A stretch of 64,000 nt of DNA, from the IMG/VR virus record IMGVR_UViG_3300047442_000001, positions 1 to 64,000 of that record; one strand, written 5' to 3'. Position numbers and translations under genes: made by a program. A model generated the notes under the pieces. It was not told where the DNA came from. It was given only the letters and a program-made list of their open reading frames with translations, and searched no databases. This DNA comes from a virus. This document shows positions 33,730 through 42,327 of this stretch, piece after piece. Every line of letters starts with the position of its first letter. Position 1 is the stretch's first letter.

Positions 33730-33893
33730 CGTCCGCCTCCGATCACGCGCCAGTCGCGAAACAGGTCCTCGGACTGCCCAGTCCACACGCCGCCGCCGAT
33801 CAGCCAGAACTCGTACCATCCCGACTCTTTGCCGACAAACACCGCCAGCGTGATGCAAGCCAACGCGAGCGCGTAACACGTAATCCGCTTCAT
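33726..33893 (-). CDS. 55-aa membrane/secreted-type peptide (below ORF-track cutoff)
   Basis: ATG 33893 overlaps upstream stop (ATGA); MKRITCYALALACITLAVFVGKESGWYEFWLIGGGVWTGQSEDLFRDWRVIGGGR. Confidence 0.4.
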   Translation of the reverse strand: MKRITCYALALACITLAVFVGKESGWYEFWLIGGGVWTGQSEDLFRDWRVIGGGR

Positions 33894-34405
33894 TGTGCGC
33901 CGCCCACCGTAAACGGCTTCCCGAACACTACCTCTTTCACTCCGCTCGGCAGCGCGGTCACCGAAATGTACGTCGATCCGTCCGTCGTGCAGCGTGACCG
34001 CAGTACCGTTTGCGACTCAACGCCAACCGACGTAGCAATGGTCTGCGTTTCGAGATTCGTCTGGAGCCTCCACGCGGTCACTCCCGGAGGCGTCGGGTTG
34101 CTCGTCCACGGAACGAAGCATTCGGGCTCGGTAGCCTCCGTTGCGACAGGCCGGACTGCCCGCGCCGCCCCCGAGAAGGTCTTCGGCGCAGGGGGAGCCG
34201 CAGGAGCGCTCAGGCGGTCCACGAGCCCTTCGATGCGATCAGCGGTGGCGGGGAGGTCCTTCGCGTCAGGGGCGGCGGAGGTGGTCACGGACGGGGCGGA
34301 TTGGACCGGTGCGGATGGCTGCGATGGCGCGCGGTCACGTATGGCGAAGATAGCGACTCCGATCACGATGGCGGCTCCGACGACGGGGGCGACTGTGCGG
34401 TTCAT
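33890..34405 (-). CDS. membrane-anchored hypothetical protein
   Basis: 171 aa; N-terminal TM VAPVVGAAIVIGVAIFAI followed by a Pro/Ala/Ser-rich linker. Confidence 0.55.
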   Translation of the reverse strand: MNRTVAPVVGAAIVIGVAIFAIRDRAPSQPSAPVQSAPSVTTSAAPDAKDLPATADRIEGLVDRLSAPAAPPAPKTFSGAARAVRPVATEATEPECFVPWTSNPTPPGVTAWRLQTNLETQTIATSVGVESQTVLRSRCTTDGSTYISVTALPSGVKEVVFGKPFTVGGAQ

Positions 34406-34632
34406 GCGCCGACCCCGAGCTGATGTCGCTGTCCGCGCCCTGCTGCTTTCGTGAGCAGCGCTGCGAGTTCCATCGCTTCGTCAACCGAGAGGCAGATATC
34501 CATGCAGCCGAACACGACTTCAATCGGTTCGCGCGGGGCATCGACGATGCGAACCTGTCCCGCTTCGCAACCTTCGGGTGCCGTCGTATCGCCGATCACT
34601 TCGAGAACTTTGTGCGCCATCCCTTCCTCCAT
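34402..34632 (-). CDS. hypothetical protein
   Basis: 76-aa ORF. Confidence 0.5.
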   Translation of the reverse strand: MEEGMAHKVLEVIGDTTAPEGCEAGQVRIVDAPREPIEVVFGCMDICLSVDEAMELAALLTKAAGRGQRHQLGVGA

Positions 34633-34650
34633 TCGCCGAACTTGCGGCGG

Positions 34651-34926
34651 TTAGCGGCCCTTCGTTATTCCCGGCTGCTTCATCGCGTCGGGAGCAAGTT
34701 TCGCGAACGCTTCGAAATCAGCGATCACGGCGTCAATTCCCGTGAGATGGTAGTCAGTGCAACCGTCGTCCACGCTGAGTTGCCGGTAGTGGCGCAGCAT
34801 CGGGAGAGCAAGATAGTCGCGGGCGCGAAACAGGATGCGCGGCTCGCCATCGGGAAGCGGCTGCCCGTTCGAAGTTTTAATGATCTGTTCGCCATCGATG
34901 TGGAACTTCCTGTCGATCTGCCTCAT
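34651..34926 (-). CDS. hypothetical protein
   Basis: Frame 34651..35028; ATG 34926 overlaps upstream stop (ATGA). Confidence 0.5.
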   Translation of the reverse strand: MRQIDRKFHIDGEQIIKTSNGQPLPDGEPRILFRARDYLALPMLRHYRQLSVDDGCTDYHLTGIDAVIADFEAFAKLAPDAMKQPGITKGR

Positions 34927-36107
34927 GACGTTCGCTCCTTCGTTCCGGTCGTCGCCGGATCGCCTGATGGGCGGCGGATCTGAGCGACGTACGTCTCTGC
35001 GTAGAGTTGCTTGCAGCAGCGCCGACACACCCTACCGACGTAGTAATTGTGACCAGTGCGCAGCAGATGCCCCTCAATGGTCTCGAAGTTCGGTTCAGCC
35101 GTTGCCGAATGCTCCGCGCACGGCATCACGTTGCCGCACGGACCTGACGCGATCAGCGCGCCGAACTTATGCTCTTGAAATGTGGTCGCGTTGTCACGGC
35201 GGACGATCACGGGACAGGTTGGCACGTTCGCCACCGTGCACACGCCTGCATCGCGAGGATGGTCCTCGCACGGCAAGAGCTTGTCGCACGATGCCGTTTC
35301 GTATTCGTTGTGCGTCGCGACTGGCATTCCGCATCGTTCCGGTTGTGGATGCTCGGGGCGTCCGGGCCGGTGCGCCAAGCAACGACAGTCGATCGTCTCG
35401 CAAATCTTGTTCGTGCCGTATGGCTCAGCGTGAGGCGTCGAGTGGCCGCAGTCTAGACATGGCGCTACATGCTCGGTGGCATGGTCCGCGCACGGCATCA
35501 CGTTGCCGCAGGGACGGCTGCATACATCTGGACCGCATGGCTGTCCGTAATGCGCCTGACTAACACGTACGGTGCAGCACTCAGCAGATTGCGCGCTCGG
35601 CTCCGTTCGCCCACGGGCAGCGCGGATCATCTTCACGATTGACGCCACGGTCTCGCGGCCTGCCGGAATAAGCAGCGCCAGTTCTTCGATCGCGTAATCG
35701 GTCAACCGTTCAGAGTTGGCTTCATCGAGTTGCGCTTCGAGCGCGGCGTAGCCTTCGTGACAGAGTTGGATAACCTCTTCGGCTCGATTCAACTTCCTCT
35801 CCGCCGCCACTCGCGCGAACGTCATTTCGCCGAGCGCGCCTGTAAGGCGGTCGATCTCGGCTTGCGTCGCGCGGTCTAAGTCTTCGTACTGGTCATGCAT
35901 CAATTGACCACGCAGGCGTAATTCTCGGATCTCTCGCATCGCCTCCTCAATGATCGGCATGAGCCGGTCGTGGATCAGCGTCGATGCACCTCCGGACATT
36001 GCGGAGTTCGAAGCGTGTACACGCATTACGGGATCTTCGGCGATCTTGCGGGCGATGGTCCATGCGAGAGTGTCGGCGTTCATCGGCATACTCCGTGTCT
36101 TGAACAA
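34923..36107 (-). CDS. coiled-coil plus Cys/His-rich protein with duplicated PCGNVMPCA[DE]H motif
   Basis: 394 aa; about 25 Cys in the C-terminal half; 25-nt exact DNA repeat at 35114-35138 and 35486-35510. Confidence 0.6.
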   Translation of the reverse strand: MFKTRSMPMNADTLAWTIARKIAEDPVMRVHASNSAMSGGASTLIHDRLMPIIEEAMREIRELRLRGQLMHDQYEDLDRATQAEIDRLTGALGEMTFARVAAERKLNRAEEVIQLCHEGYAALEAQLDEANSERLTDYAIEELALLIPAGRETVASIVKMIRAARGRTEPSAQSAECCTVRVSQAHYGQPCGPDVCSRPCGNVMPCADHATEHVAPCLDCGHSTPHAEPYGTNKICETIDCRCLAHRPGRPEHPQPERCGMPVATHNEYETASCDKLLPCEDHPRDAGVCTVANVPTCPVIVRRDNATTFQEHKFGALIASGPCGNVMPCAEHSATAEPNFETIEGHLLRTGHNYYVGRVCRRCCKQLYAETYVAQIRRPSGDPATTGTKERTS

Positions 36108-36143
36108 TTAACTTCGAGAATGCTGCCGGAATCGGCGCACGTT

Positions 36144-36413
36144 TCACCATCGCGCCGACTCCAACTCCGTGATCCGCCCCTGCTGAGCCGCCGTCTCGAA
36201 ATCCAACGTCTCAATGCGCTTGAGTAACTCCTGAACATACCGGTCGGAGTGCATCGTGCGGAGTTGCTCGGATTGCTCTTCGATCCGCTTGTCGGCGGCT
36301 TCGAGACGGCCTATGGCTTGATGGCGCGCCAACAGTTCGTCTATTGGTGACGATTGCGAGAGAGCGCGGTACCAGACGATGAACTCCGCGTTTGTCATTC
36401 TGACGCTGTTCAT
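36144..36413 (-). CDS. hypothetical coiled-coil protein
   Basis: Frame 36144..36533; ATG 36413 overlaps upstream stop (ATGA). Confidence 0.5.
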   Translation of the reverse strand: MNSVRMTNAEFIVWYRALSQSSPIDELLARHQAIGRLEAADKRIEEQSEQLRTMHSDRYVQELLKRIETLDFETAAQQGRITELESARW

Positions 36414-36604
36414 CGCGGCCTCATTACGTGATGTGCACGCGCGTAGTCGTATGCGTTCTTGCAATCCTGATCGCAGAACCGCCCGTCGAATGGGACGATG
36501 CCACGTTCGGGCCAGTAGATGTGCGCGCCGCACGTGTTGCAGTGCAAGTTCTCTTTGGCACCTTCGCGCAACTCTGCTACAAACTCGGCGTTCGTCTGCG
36601 TCAT
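36410..36604 (-). CDS. small zinc-binding-type protein
   Basis: 64 aa; CNTC...CDQDC. Confidence 0.5.
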   Translation of the reverse strand: MTQTNAEFVAELREGAKENLHCNTCGAHIYWPERGIVPFDGRFCDQDCKNAYDYARAHHVMRPR

Positions 36605-36849
36605 TTGGTCACCTTATGCGTCTCGCATGCAATCAAGTCGAGATACCCGCCGCGCTTCATCGATTCGAGACAGCACGGCCGCGCTCGGAATATCTCCCCC
36701 ACTAACGCAGCGACGGCACTCTTCGGCAGGCAGAGATGGCTCTTCGTTCCGCAATTGTGGTGCATCCCGGTTCTCGCATCAGCAAATGCGGATGCAACGG
36801 CTTCGAGAGCGCGGACAAGAGCGGTCAGACGCGGACTCTTCGGCATCAT
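36601..36849 (-). CDS. hypothetical protein
   Basis: Frame 36601..36882; ATG 36849 overlaps upstream stop (ATGA). Confidence 0.45.
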   Translation of the reverse strand: MMPKSPRLTALVRALEAVASAFADARTGMHHNCGTKSHLCLPKSAVAALVGEIFRARPCCLESMKRGGYLDLIACETHKVTK

Positions 36850-37073
36850 CCCTCCAGCACTTTCCGCAACTCGGTAGCCCACACCGTTTGATTGTCAGCG
36901 GCCCATCGGTCCGCAAGAGCACGGACGCGGGTGAGGGTGGCTGCGCGGGTCTCGATCTCGCCGAGGAGAACTCGTACCGGCGCATGCACGCGATCCTTGC
37001 AATCATTCGGGCATTTCGCGGCCTCAATCCGAATTGCTTCAAGCGTCGGCCAGCGGAATTCGGAAGCGGTCAT
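36846..37073 (-). CDS. hypothetical protein
   Basis: 75-aa ORF; 4-nt overlaps at both ends. Confidence 0.5.
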   Translation of the reverse strand: MTASEFRWPTLEAIRIEAAKCPNDCKDRVHAPVRVLLGEIETRAATLTRVRALADRWAADNQTVWATELRKVLEG

Positions 37074-37279
37074 CGCCAGTCTCTCCAGTAGCCGCGACGA
37101 CTCGGCTTGACGCCATTCAGCGCGAGCATTACGTCGTCAAGCGCATCGCGATAGCCTCCGGCGTAACCCTCGGCTGCCATGCCCCGCGCATACATCCCAC
37201 CGACTGACGCGCTGTCCGAAATTTCCTTATCAACCCATTTCCTTGCGGCGTTAACCGCACGCACAATTCCTTTCGTCAT
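37070..37279 (-). CDS. hypothetical protein
   Basis: 69-aa ORF. Confidence 0.5.
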   Translation of the reverse strand: MTKGIVRAVNAARKWVDKEISDSASVGGMYARGMAAEGYAGGYRDALDDVMLALNGVKPSRRGYWRDWR

Positions 37280-37288
37280 CGCTACCTC

Positions 37289-37675
37289 CTACCTCTCGAA
37301 CATCGACTGGATGGTGCCACTGAGCATTTCGTGGAACGTGGCGATCAGGGCGCGTCCGTGATCGCTACGCGGATAGAACTTGTCGATCCAGCAAATCTGT
37401 TCACACCGATGCCGTTGCGCGGCGAAGGCTTCTTGGAACTGCCGCGCCATCCGTTCAGCCGACATGTCCAGCGCGCGATCTGGAATGGAGCGGGCGGGCT
37501 CAATCGGCACGAGCGGCGTCAATGCTTGATCGAACGTTTCGACAGTCAGCTCGCACTTTCGCGAACAATAATCGCTCGGCTCTTCCGCGTCGGACGTGGC
37601 GGGGTCGTACTCGATTCCGTGCACGTTGGTGGAGTCGCCTACGTAGCCTTGGCAGATGGCGGTCACTTTGGCCAT
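37289..37675 (-). CDS. hypothetical protein
   Basis: 128-aa ORF. Confidence 0.5.
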   Translation of the reverse strand: MAKVTAICQGYVGDSTNVHGIEYDPATSDAEEPSDYCSRKCELTVETFDQALTPLVPIEPARSIPDRALDMSAERMARQFQEAFAAQRHRCEQICWIDKFYPRSDHGRALIATFHEMLSGTIQSMFER

Positions 37676-37851
37676 TCGTACACCTCGTACCCGAACGCAG
37701 AGCCGAATAATGTGTCCTCCGCCGCATCCTTGGCTTCGGACTCCGAAGCGAACAGCGCCGGTACGTCATCGGAGTGAGCCGCGTGCTCGGCGGCGGCGAG
37801 CATGATCGGGTCACCGCTCTGTGTGTACAGCATCGCAAACCACCGGCTCAT
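37663..37851 (-). CDS. hypothetical acidic protein
   Basis: 62-aa ORF. Confidence 0.5.
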   Translation of the reverse strand: MSRWFAMLYTQSGDPIMLAAAEHAAHSDDVPALFASESEAKDAAEDTLFGSAFGYEVYEWPK

Positions 37852-38138
37852 CGTTCGCCCCTTCCAGCTCCGGCCGCGTTGCGGCGTCCCGCGGCGCCCT
37901 CTTCGATCTCTTCGACTTCGGCTTCGTCGGCCTCTTCAGTCACCCGCTTCTGCCGCCGCCGCTGTGCTTCCTTCAGCGCTTGGTTGATAGCCTGGTTCCT
38001 CGAGACCCCGTCGCGCTTCGCCGCCTTGGTCCAGAAGGCCAGCTTTCTGGTTTCGATCCGGAGCTCGATGGTGGAGATCCCGTCGAGCTGCCGGCGGCGG
38101 TAGCGCGGGACCGGGGCCGAAGTCGAAGTTACCGTCAT
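37848..38138 (-). CDS. ribbon-helix-helix-type DNA-binding protein (first gene of a leftward unit)
   Basis: Frame 37848..38147; ATG 38138 lies 10 nt after GAAGGAG; ISTIELRIETRKLAFWTKAAKRDGVSRNQAINQAL. Confidence 0.5.
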   Translation of the reverse strand: MTVTSTSAPVPRYRRRQLDGISTIELRIETRKLAFWTKAAKRDGVSRNQAINQALKEAQRRRQKRVTEEADEAEVEEIEEGAAGRRNAAGAGRGER

Positions 38139-38152
38139 ATGATCCATGCTCC

Positions 38153-38181
38153 TTCATTCGATGACTGAAGTCAACTACAAT
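38153..38181 (+). promoter_or_regulatory. divergent control site: palindrome ATGACTGAAGTCAAC (38161-38175) abutting TACAAT (38176-38181)
   Basis: TACAAT ends 7 nt before ATG 38189 and there is no SD, so the geometry is leaderless. Confidence 0.45.
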
Positions 38182-38188
38182 TTCGTTC

Positions 38189-39019
38189 ATGAACTCTGAT
38201 GAAGTGACCGCCGACACCTTCTTCGACTTGGCCGCCAGACTTCAGTTGCCGACTTCGGAAAGTGAAGTGACCGCGGCCGACGTCGGAGTGATCGTCGCGG
38301 CGCTCCGGTCCGCGGCGGACTGTCTGCTGAAGCATCCGCGGTCACATCCGCAGTACGCGGACGAAGACGCGGCCGAGACAGCGACCGAGATAGTGATCTC
38401 CGAAGAAGGCTTCCCGTTTCTGTTCCGGGCTCGAGTCACTGGCACGCTTCAGTGGACGTGTCCCAAGTGTGGACGGTGTCACCGGACCATGCTGCGCGAC
38501 ACCACGTTCGCGGTCCGCTGCACTTCGAGCTACTGTCAGCGGTCCTTCGTTCTTGGGTGGACGTTGTACGTGCCAGCGCAGGGGCTTCGGTCCATGCCGC
38601 CGGATATGACGTTCCCCGCCACTTTGATCGAAGTCGAAGACCCGGACGAAGGTGGACCGGTCGACCCGATGCCCCTTGGTGAGATTGGACGGTGGCGGTC
38701 CGGGGAACTTGTACATCGACTGAAGCTCGACCGCGACAACCGACGAAGGAGAGCTAAGCGAAGTCTTCGTCGCTATCACCGGGAACGCGGACGGGAGATC
38801 GGGGTCAAGTTCCCCGTGGACTCGAGGTGGATCGTCGAAGCCGCAGCGAAGCGGAAGAAGGAAGCCGCGGAACGAAGGGAAGCAAGAGCGAAGATGCCGC
38901 CGAAGGTCAAAGTGAAAGTGCAGCGCGACCGGAAGCCGAAGAGCGCCAAGACTGTGGCGAAGAGAGTGTTCAAGCTGCTTCGACCTTCACGCGGAAAGAA
39001 GAGGGCTAAGACGAAGTGA
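38189..39019 (+). CDS. zinc-ribbon protein with extremely basic C-terminal tail
   Basis: 276 aa; CPKCGRCH...C..YC; the last ~100 aa are Arg/Lys-rich; lone + strand gene in the leftward arm. Confidence 0.55.
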   Translation: MNSDEVTADTFFDLAARLQLPTSESEVTAADVGVIVAALRSAADCLLKHPRSHPQYADEDAAETATEIVISEEGFPFLFRARVTGTLQWTCPKCGRCHRTMLRDTTFAVRCTSSYCQRSFVLGWTLYVPAQGLRSMPPDMTFPATLIEVEDPDEGGPVDPMPLGEIGRWRSGELVHRLKLDRDNRRRRAKRSLRRYHRERGREIGVKFPVDSRWIVEAAAKRKKEAAERREARAKMPPKVKVKVQRDRKPKSAKTVAKRVFKLLRPSRGKKRAKTK

Positions 39020-39671
39020 CCGAAGATCGTGGACGAACGTACTTGGTCACCACTTCAGTCAGAGTTCTCGGCGATCCGATCAAATCGGCATAGTCCACGG
39101 TCCTGCGGCTCATTCGATCGACCAGCTCGCGCAACGTGATCGACGGGATCAACTCTTCACCGCTGTCTCCGGTCCTCCAGAAAGTCCACTCGGTCCAATC
39201 GTCAACGAACAAAGAGACGCCACCGAAGTGCCAGATGGCTTCGATGTCGCGGCGTGGATCTAACAGAAGTGTTCGCGCGCCCCAGCACTCGACGTGGTTG
39301 CGACGATACGGCCAACTGAACCCATACTCGGTCCACCGGTCGCCGCGAGCCGTGACGTGGAGCCCGAGACCGTAACGATACGCGGGGTAGTTGAGCAGTT
39401 CTTCATCGTGCCAGTCGTACAGAGTCCCAGCCGGCACGATCAAGTGTTCCGAGACTTCGGCCGGTGGATAGAAGACCGTGCGTCCGACACCGGGGTCGAA
39501 ATCTTCAGCGGAAGGACGCAACAGCGCTTCGCGCGTCAGGTGAGTGAGTGGAGCCGATATCGAAGCACGAGTCTGCGCTCCGTATGTGGAGTACTCGCGC
39601 CACGGTTCTTCGTTGTCGAGGAGCTTTCCAAGTAGAAGGCTCATTTCGACCGACATGTGCGGACACGTCAT
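39006..39671 (-). CDS. hypothetical protein
   Basis: 221-aa ORF, Trp-rich; 3' end overlaps the convergent gene by 14 nt. Confidence 0.55.
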   Translation of the reverse strand: MTCPHMSVEMSLLLGKLLDNEEPWREYSTYGAQTRASISAPLTHLTREALLRPSAEDFDPGVGRTVFYPPAEVSEHLIVPAGTLYDWHDEELLNYPAYRYGLGLHVTARGDRWTEYGFSWPYRRNHVECWGARTLLLDPRRDIEAIWHFGGVSLFVDDWTEWTFWRTGDSGEELIPSITLRELVDRMSRRTVDYADLIGSPRTLTEVVTKYVRPRSSVTSS

Positions 39672-39673
39672 AT

Positions 39674-39871
39674 TCAGACCTCCCTGAGTTCTGCTTCCTT
39701 CTTCATCCTGGTCGCGTCAACGCGGCGGACGATGTACCACTTCCGGTCGAGTCGCACCACCATTCTTCGGCGCCACCACAACCACCACGCGACAGCGAAG
39801 CCGAGGACGAAGAAAAGAAGACTGTTGACCGTGGACGCGAGCATCACGACGAAGGAGTCGAAGAAGCTCAT
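39674..39871 (-). CDS. small single-TM membrane protein
   Basis: Frame 39674..40159; ATG 39871 overlaps upstream stop (ATGA); FVVMLASTVNSLLFFVLGFAVAWWLWW. Confidence 0.45.
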   Translation of the reverse strand: MSFFDSFVVMLASTVNSLLFFVLGFAVAWWLWWRRRMVVRLDRKWYIVRRVDATRMKKEAELREV

Positions 39872-40251
39872 CTGAGACTCCGTACAGTTCCCATATCCGA
39901 CAGCGCCGCGTCGCAGCCATACCGATCGAAGATGTTTCCGCGCGGCGTCTTGGTGACCGGTCCGGCCCACGACTTCGGATACAGGACGTCGCCGGTCCTG
40001 CGATCGACGAAGCCGACGACGGACTTCGATTCGTCCTGAGGCCCGTAGGCGTCGATTTGGACGATGCGGATGTACTTCGGTGCCACGTCTGCTACGAATG
40101 AAGTAATCGAGTGCGGCCCTCCCTCCATCTTCGTACGGTAGCCCATCCTCGACATCCAAGCATCGTGACGCGACTGCATCAACTGGAGCAGCGATCCGAG
40201 TTCCGGTGTCGTGGAATCAACCTTAAGTAACGTGTCGTGCATCTCCCCCAT
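39868..40251 (-). CDS. hypothetical protein
   Basis: 127-aa ORF. Confidence 0.5.
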   Translation of the reverse strand: MGEMHDTLLKVDSTTPELGSLLQLMQSRHDAWMSRMGYRTKMEGGPHSITSFVADVAPKYIRIVQIDAYGPQDESKSVVGFVDRRTGDVLYPKSWAGPVTKTPRGNIFDRYGCDAALSDMGTVRSLR

Positions 40252-40295
40252 ACCCCCTCTTTGATAGAGTACCGATTCCTACGCTGAGAACAACA

Positions 40296-40589
40296 TCATA
40301 CGACGAGTTTCGTAGCTCCTGAGCCCACCGTTGGACCGGTCGAATAGATCGAATTCGGACACTCGATCGTGTGCCGGTCCGTGTCACAACCCGGGAGACA
40401 GTCGGCGACTTCGACTTCGGTCGTGGGCTCAGACGTGGACGTGGACGTCGCCGACACGAACTCGTGACTGCCGACGCGGCACGACGCGCAGATCGTGTGG
40501 CCGACCGCAGAGTCGACCATCGACAGCGGAAAAGCACAGACGCAGACAGGAGCGAAGCGGCAGCGGCAGAGCGAAGGAGTGAAGGTCAC
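40296..40589 (-). CDS. hypothetical Cys-rich protein
   Basis: Frame 40296..40613; GTG 40589 overlaps upstream stop (GTGA). Confidence 0.4.
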   Translation of the reverse strand: MTFTPSLCRCRFAPVCVCAFPLSMVDSAVGHTICASCRVGSHEFVSATSTSTSEPTTEVEVADCLPGCDTDRHTIECPNSIYSTGPTVGSGATKLVV

Positions 40590-40909
40590 ACCATCACCAA
40601 CCGACGTTTCCACTCACGCGCCCACGTTCGTAGCCTCTGCGCCCGCTGACGAATCGCGTCTATCTGGTGTGTCGACCAGCCGCCGCGTATACTCTCGTCA
40701 GCCCACGTTTCGAGTTGTTCTGCTTCGGTTAACAGTTCCTCAACCGAGTCCGCGGCGATCTGCCACACCAACCGAAACTTGTCCGCTCTTGTGGTGTGCT
40801 CACCGATCAGCCATCCACACTGACTGCACACGCGCCCGTCGTGGGTTTGAGGCTCGACACACGGCCCCAACTGCTCGATATGGATTGGTGCTTTGACGTC
40901 CGTGTTCAC
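40586..40909 (-). CDS. hypothetical protein
   Basis: Frame 40586..41026; GTG 40909 overlaps upstream stop (GTGA). Confidence 0.45.
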   Translation of the reverse strand: MNTDVKAPIHIEQLGPCVEPQTHDGRVCSQCGWLIGEHTTRADKFRLVWQIAADSVEELLTEAEQLETWADESIRGGWSTHQIDAIRQRAQRLRTWAREWKRRLVMV

Positions 40910-41184
40910 CTGACCCTCCGATAGCTGCCGTCCGTTTGCCGCTGTTCGATCCACCACACCACTTTGGTGCGTTCCGCGTTCTCCCGCTTCAGCTCCCGCG
41001 CCTCGTCGCGCTTGACGGCGTACCACGTGGTCGGCCAGTCGTCACTAACGATGCGGTACGGCGCCGACTTCACGTCGGCGAACGGGGGCAGCTCCGGTGA
41101 CGGTGATGGTAGTGTTGGTGGCCGGTGGCGGTCGCGGATCTTCGCGGCCAGTGCGGTACGCCGGGTGAGTTTACCTTTGTTCAT
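40906..41184 (-). CDS. hypothetical protein
   Basis: Frame 40906..41247; ATG 41184 after GAAGGAG. Confidence 0.45.
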   Translation of the reverse strand: MNKGKLTRRTALAAKIRDRHRPPTLPSPSPELPPFADVKSAPYRIVSDDWPTTWYAVKRDEARELKRENAERTKVVWWIEQRQTDGSYRRVR

Positions 41185-41366
41185 TTCGTGTCGTCTCCTT
41201 CGTTGGTCTGTAACTCGACTCCCAGCTGTCTCGCGTATCCGGCGCACGTTCGACAGTGGCGCTTGAACACCGATACCGCGTCTTCGATCGCAGCGCGGAC
41301 GACGACTCGGACGTCGTGACGCAAGAGTATGTGGTCGCGCATGTCGTCGAACTCGAGGTTCGTCAC
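41181..41366 (-). CDS. hypothetical protein
   Basis: Frame 41181..41471; GTG 41366 overlaps upstream stop (GTGA). Confidence 0.4.
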   Translation of the reverse strand: MTNLEFDDMRDHILLRHDVRVVVRAAIEDAVSVFKRHCRTCAGYARQLGVELQTNEGDDTK

Positions 41367-41575
41367 TTGTCGGTCTCGCGCGCGATCTGGCAGCTCAGAT
41401 GCTCGATCAGCCGTCCCTCGTCTACGGCAATCGGAGTGTTGAATCCTAGCGGCTCGTTGCACGTACAGCACTCGTAACCTGCGTAGTGGGCATCAGTAAC
41501 CCAGCCGCCGGAAGCACAGGTGCAATTACCGTGATGGAGTATCTGATGTTTGGGTATTGCCACTGCCATCGTCAC
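41363..41575 (-). CDS. small Cys-rich protein
   Basis: Frame 41363..41770; GTG 41575 overlaps upstream stop (alternative ATG 41569). Confidence 0.45.
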   Translation of the reverse strand: MTMAVAIPKHQILHHGNCTCASGGWVTDAHYAGYECCTCNEPLGFNTPIAVDEGRLIEHLSCQIARETDK

Positions 41576-41880
41576 TTGCCTGACTCCCGTTCGACGATGG
41601 CGCGAATGTCCTTCGCGCTCATCCAGTCGCCGAATTCGTCTTGATGCACTGTTATGAATTCGTCGCGCGTCGGATCGTATCCAACGTCGAAGCGTGGCAG
41701 CGCACCGATCTCCGCGATCACTCCGTGCAGGCGGTCGTTTTCCACGCGGCGCCGCTCGCCGATTCGCCAAAGACGCAGCGTGACGTCGTACGCGAACTCG
41801 GAATCGATCTGAAAGCGCGTCACCTCAATCTCCGTGACAACATCTACTTCTTCCGTGACAACGTCATCATCACTCGCCAT
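41572..41880 (-). CDS. hypothetical acidic protein
   Basis: 102-aa ORF. Confidence 0.5.
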   Translation of the reverse strand: MASDDDVVTEEVDVVTEIEVTRFQIDSEFAYDVTLRLWRIGERRRVENDRLHGVIAEIGALPRFDVGYDPTRDEFITVHQDEFGDWMSAKDIRAIVERESGK

Positions 41881-42064
41881 CGCCCACTCCTTTCTCGCGC
41901 CGCATGATTTCTTCCGTTACCCATTCCTCAGCGGCCGCTAGATCGTCTTCGCTTACGTCTGGTGCTGCCTGTAGAGTTGCTTCGACATCACCAGCTCGCA
42001 ATAAGCTCATTGCGAACTGAAGGGCGCGCAATCGCCGGACTGTTAACCGAGTTCTTCCGCTCAC
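41870..42064 (-). CDS. hypothetical protein
   Basis: Frame 41870..42115; GTG 42064 overlaps upstream stop (GTGA). Confidence 0.4.
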   Translation of the reverse strand: MSGRTRLTVRRLRALQFAMSLLRAGDVEATLQAAPDVSEDDLAAAEEWVTEEIMRREKGVGDGE

Positions 42065-42327
42065 GACTTCGCTCCTTTTTCGTACTGCGCGATCAGGTCG
42101 CGAAGATCGCACCAAACGTTACATCCGACGCGGCAGTCTTCGTGCTTTTTGACCAACTCCCGGATCCTCGCAATCAGTTCGTCGCGGGGATCGACGGCGT
42201 GGATGTAAGGGTGATGATATCCGGCACTGTCCGGGTCGTGTCGGGCTGTCCACCGGGCATCACCGCACGGCTGATAGTCAGGCAACATTGCCGCGCACGG
42301 TCGCGTGTCGGGCGGTTGGGGGGTCAT
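42061..42327 (-). CDS. hypothetical protein
   Basis: 88-aa ORF. Confidence 0.5.
   Translation of the reverse strand: MTPQPPDTRPCAAMLPDYQPCGDARWTARHDPDSAGYHHPYIHAVDPRDELIARIRELVKKHEDCRVGCNVWCDLRDLIAQYEKGAKS

Noticed and set aside
33562-33879. 105-aa track ORF
   Set aside because: Its N-terminal half is Arg-rich. The region is better explained by two coupled ORFs, 33726..33893 (ATGA) and 33562..33729 (GTGA).
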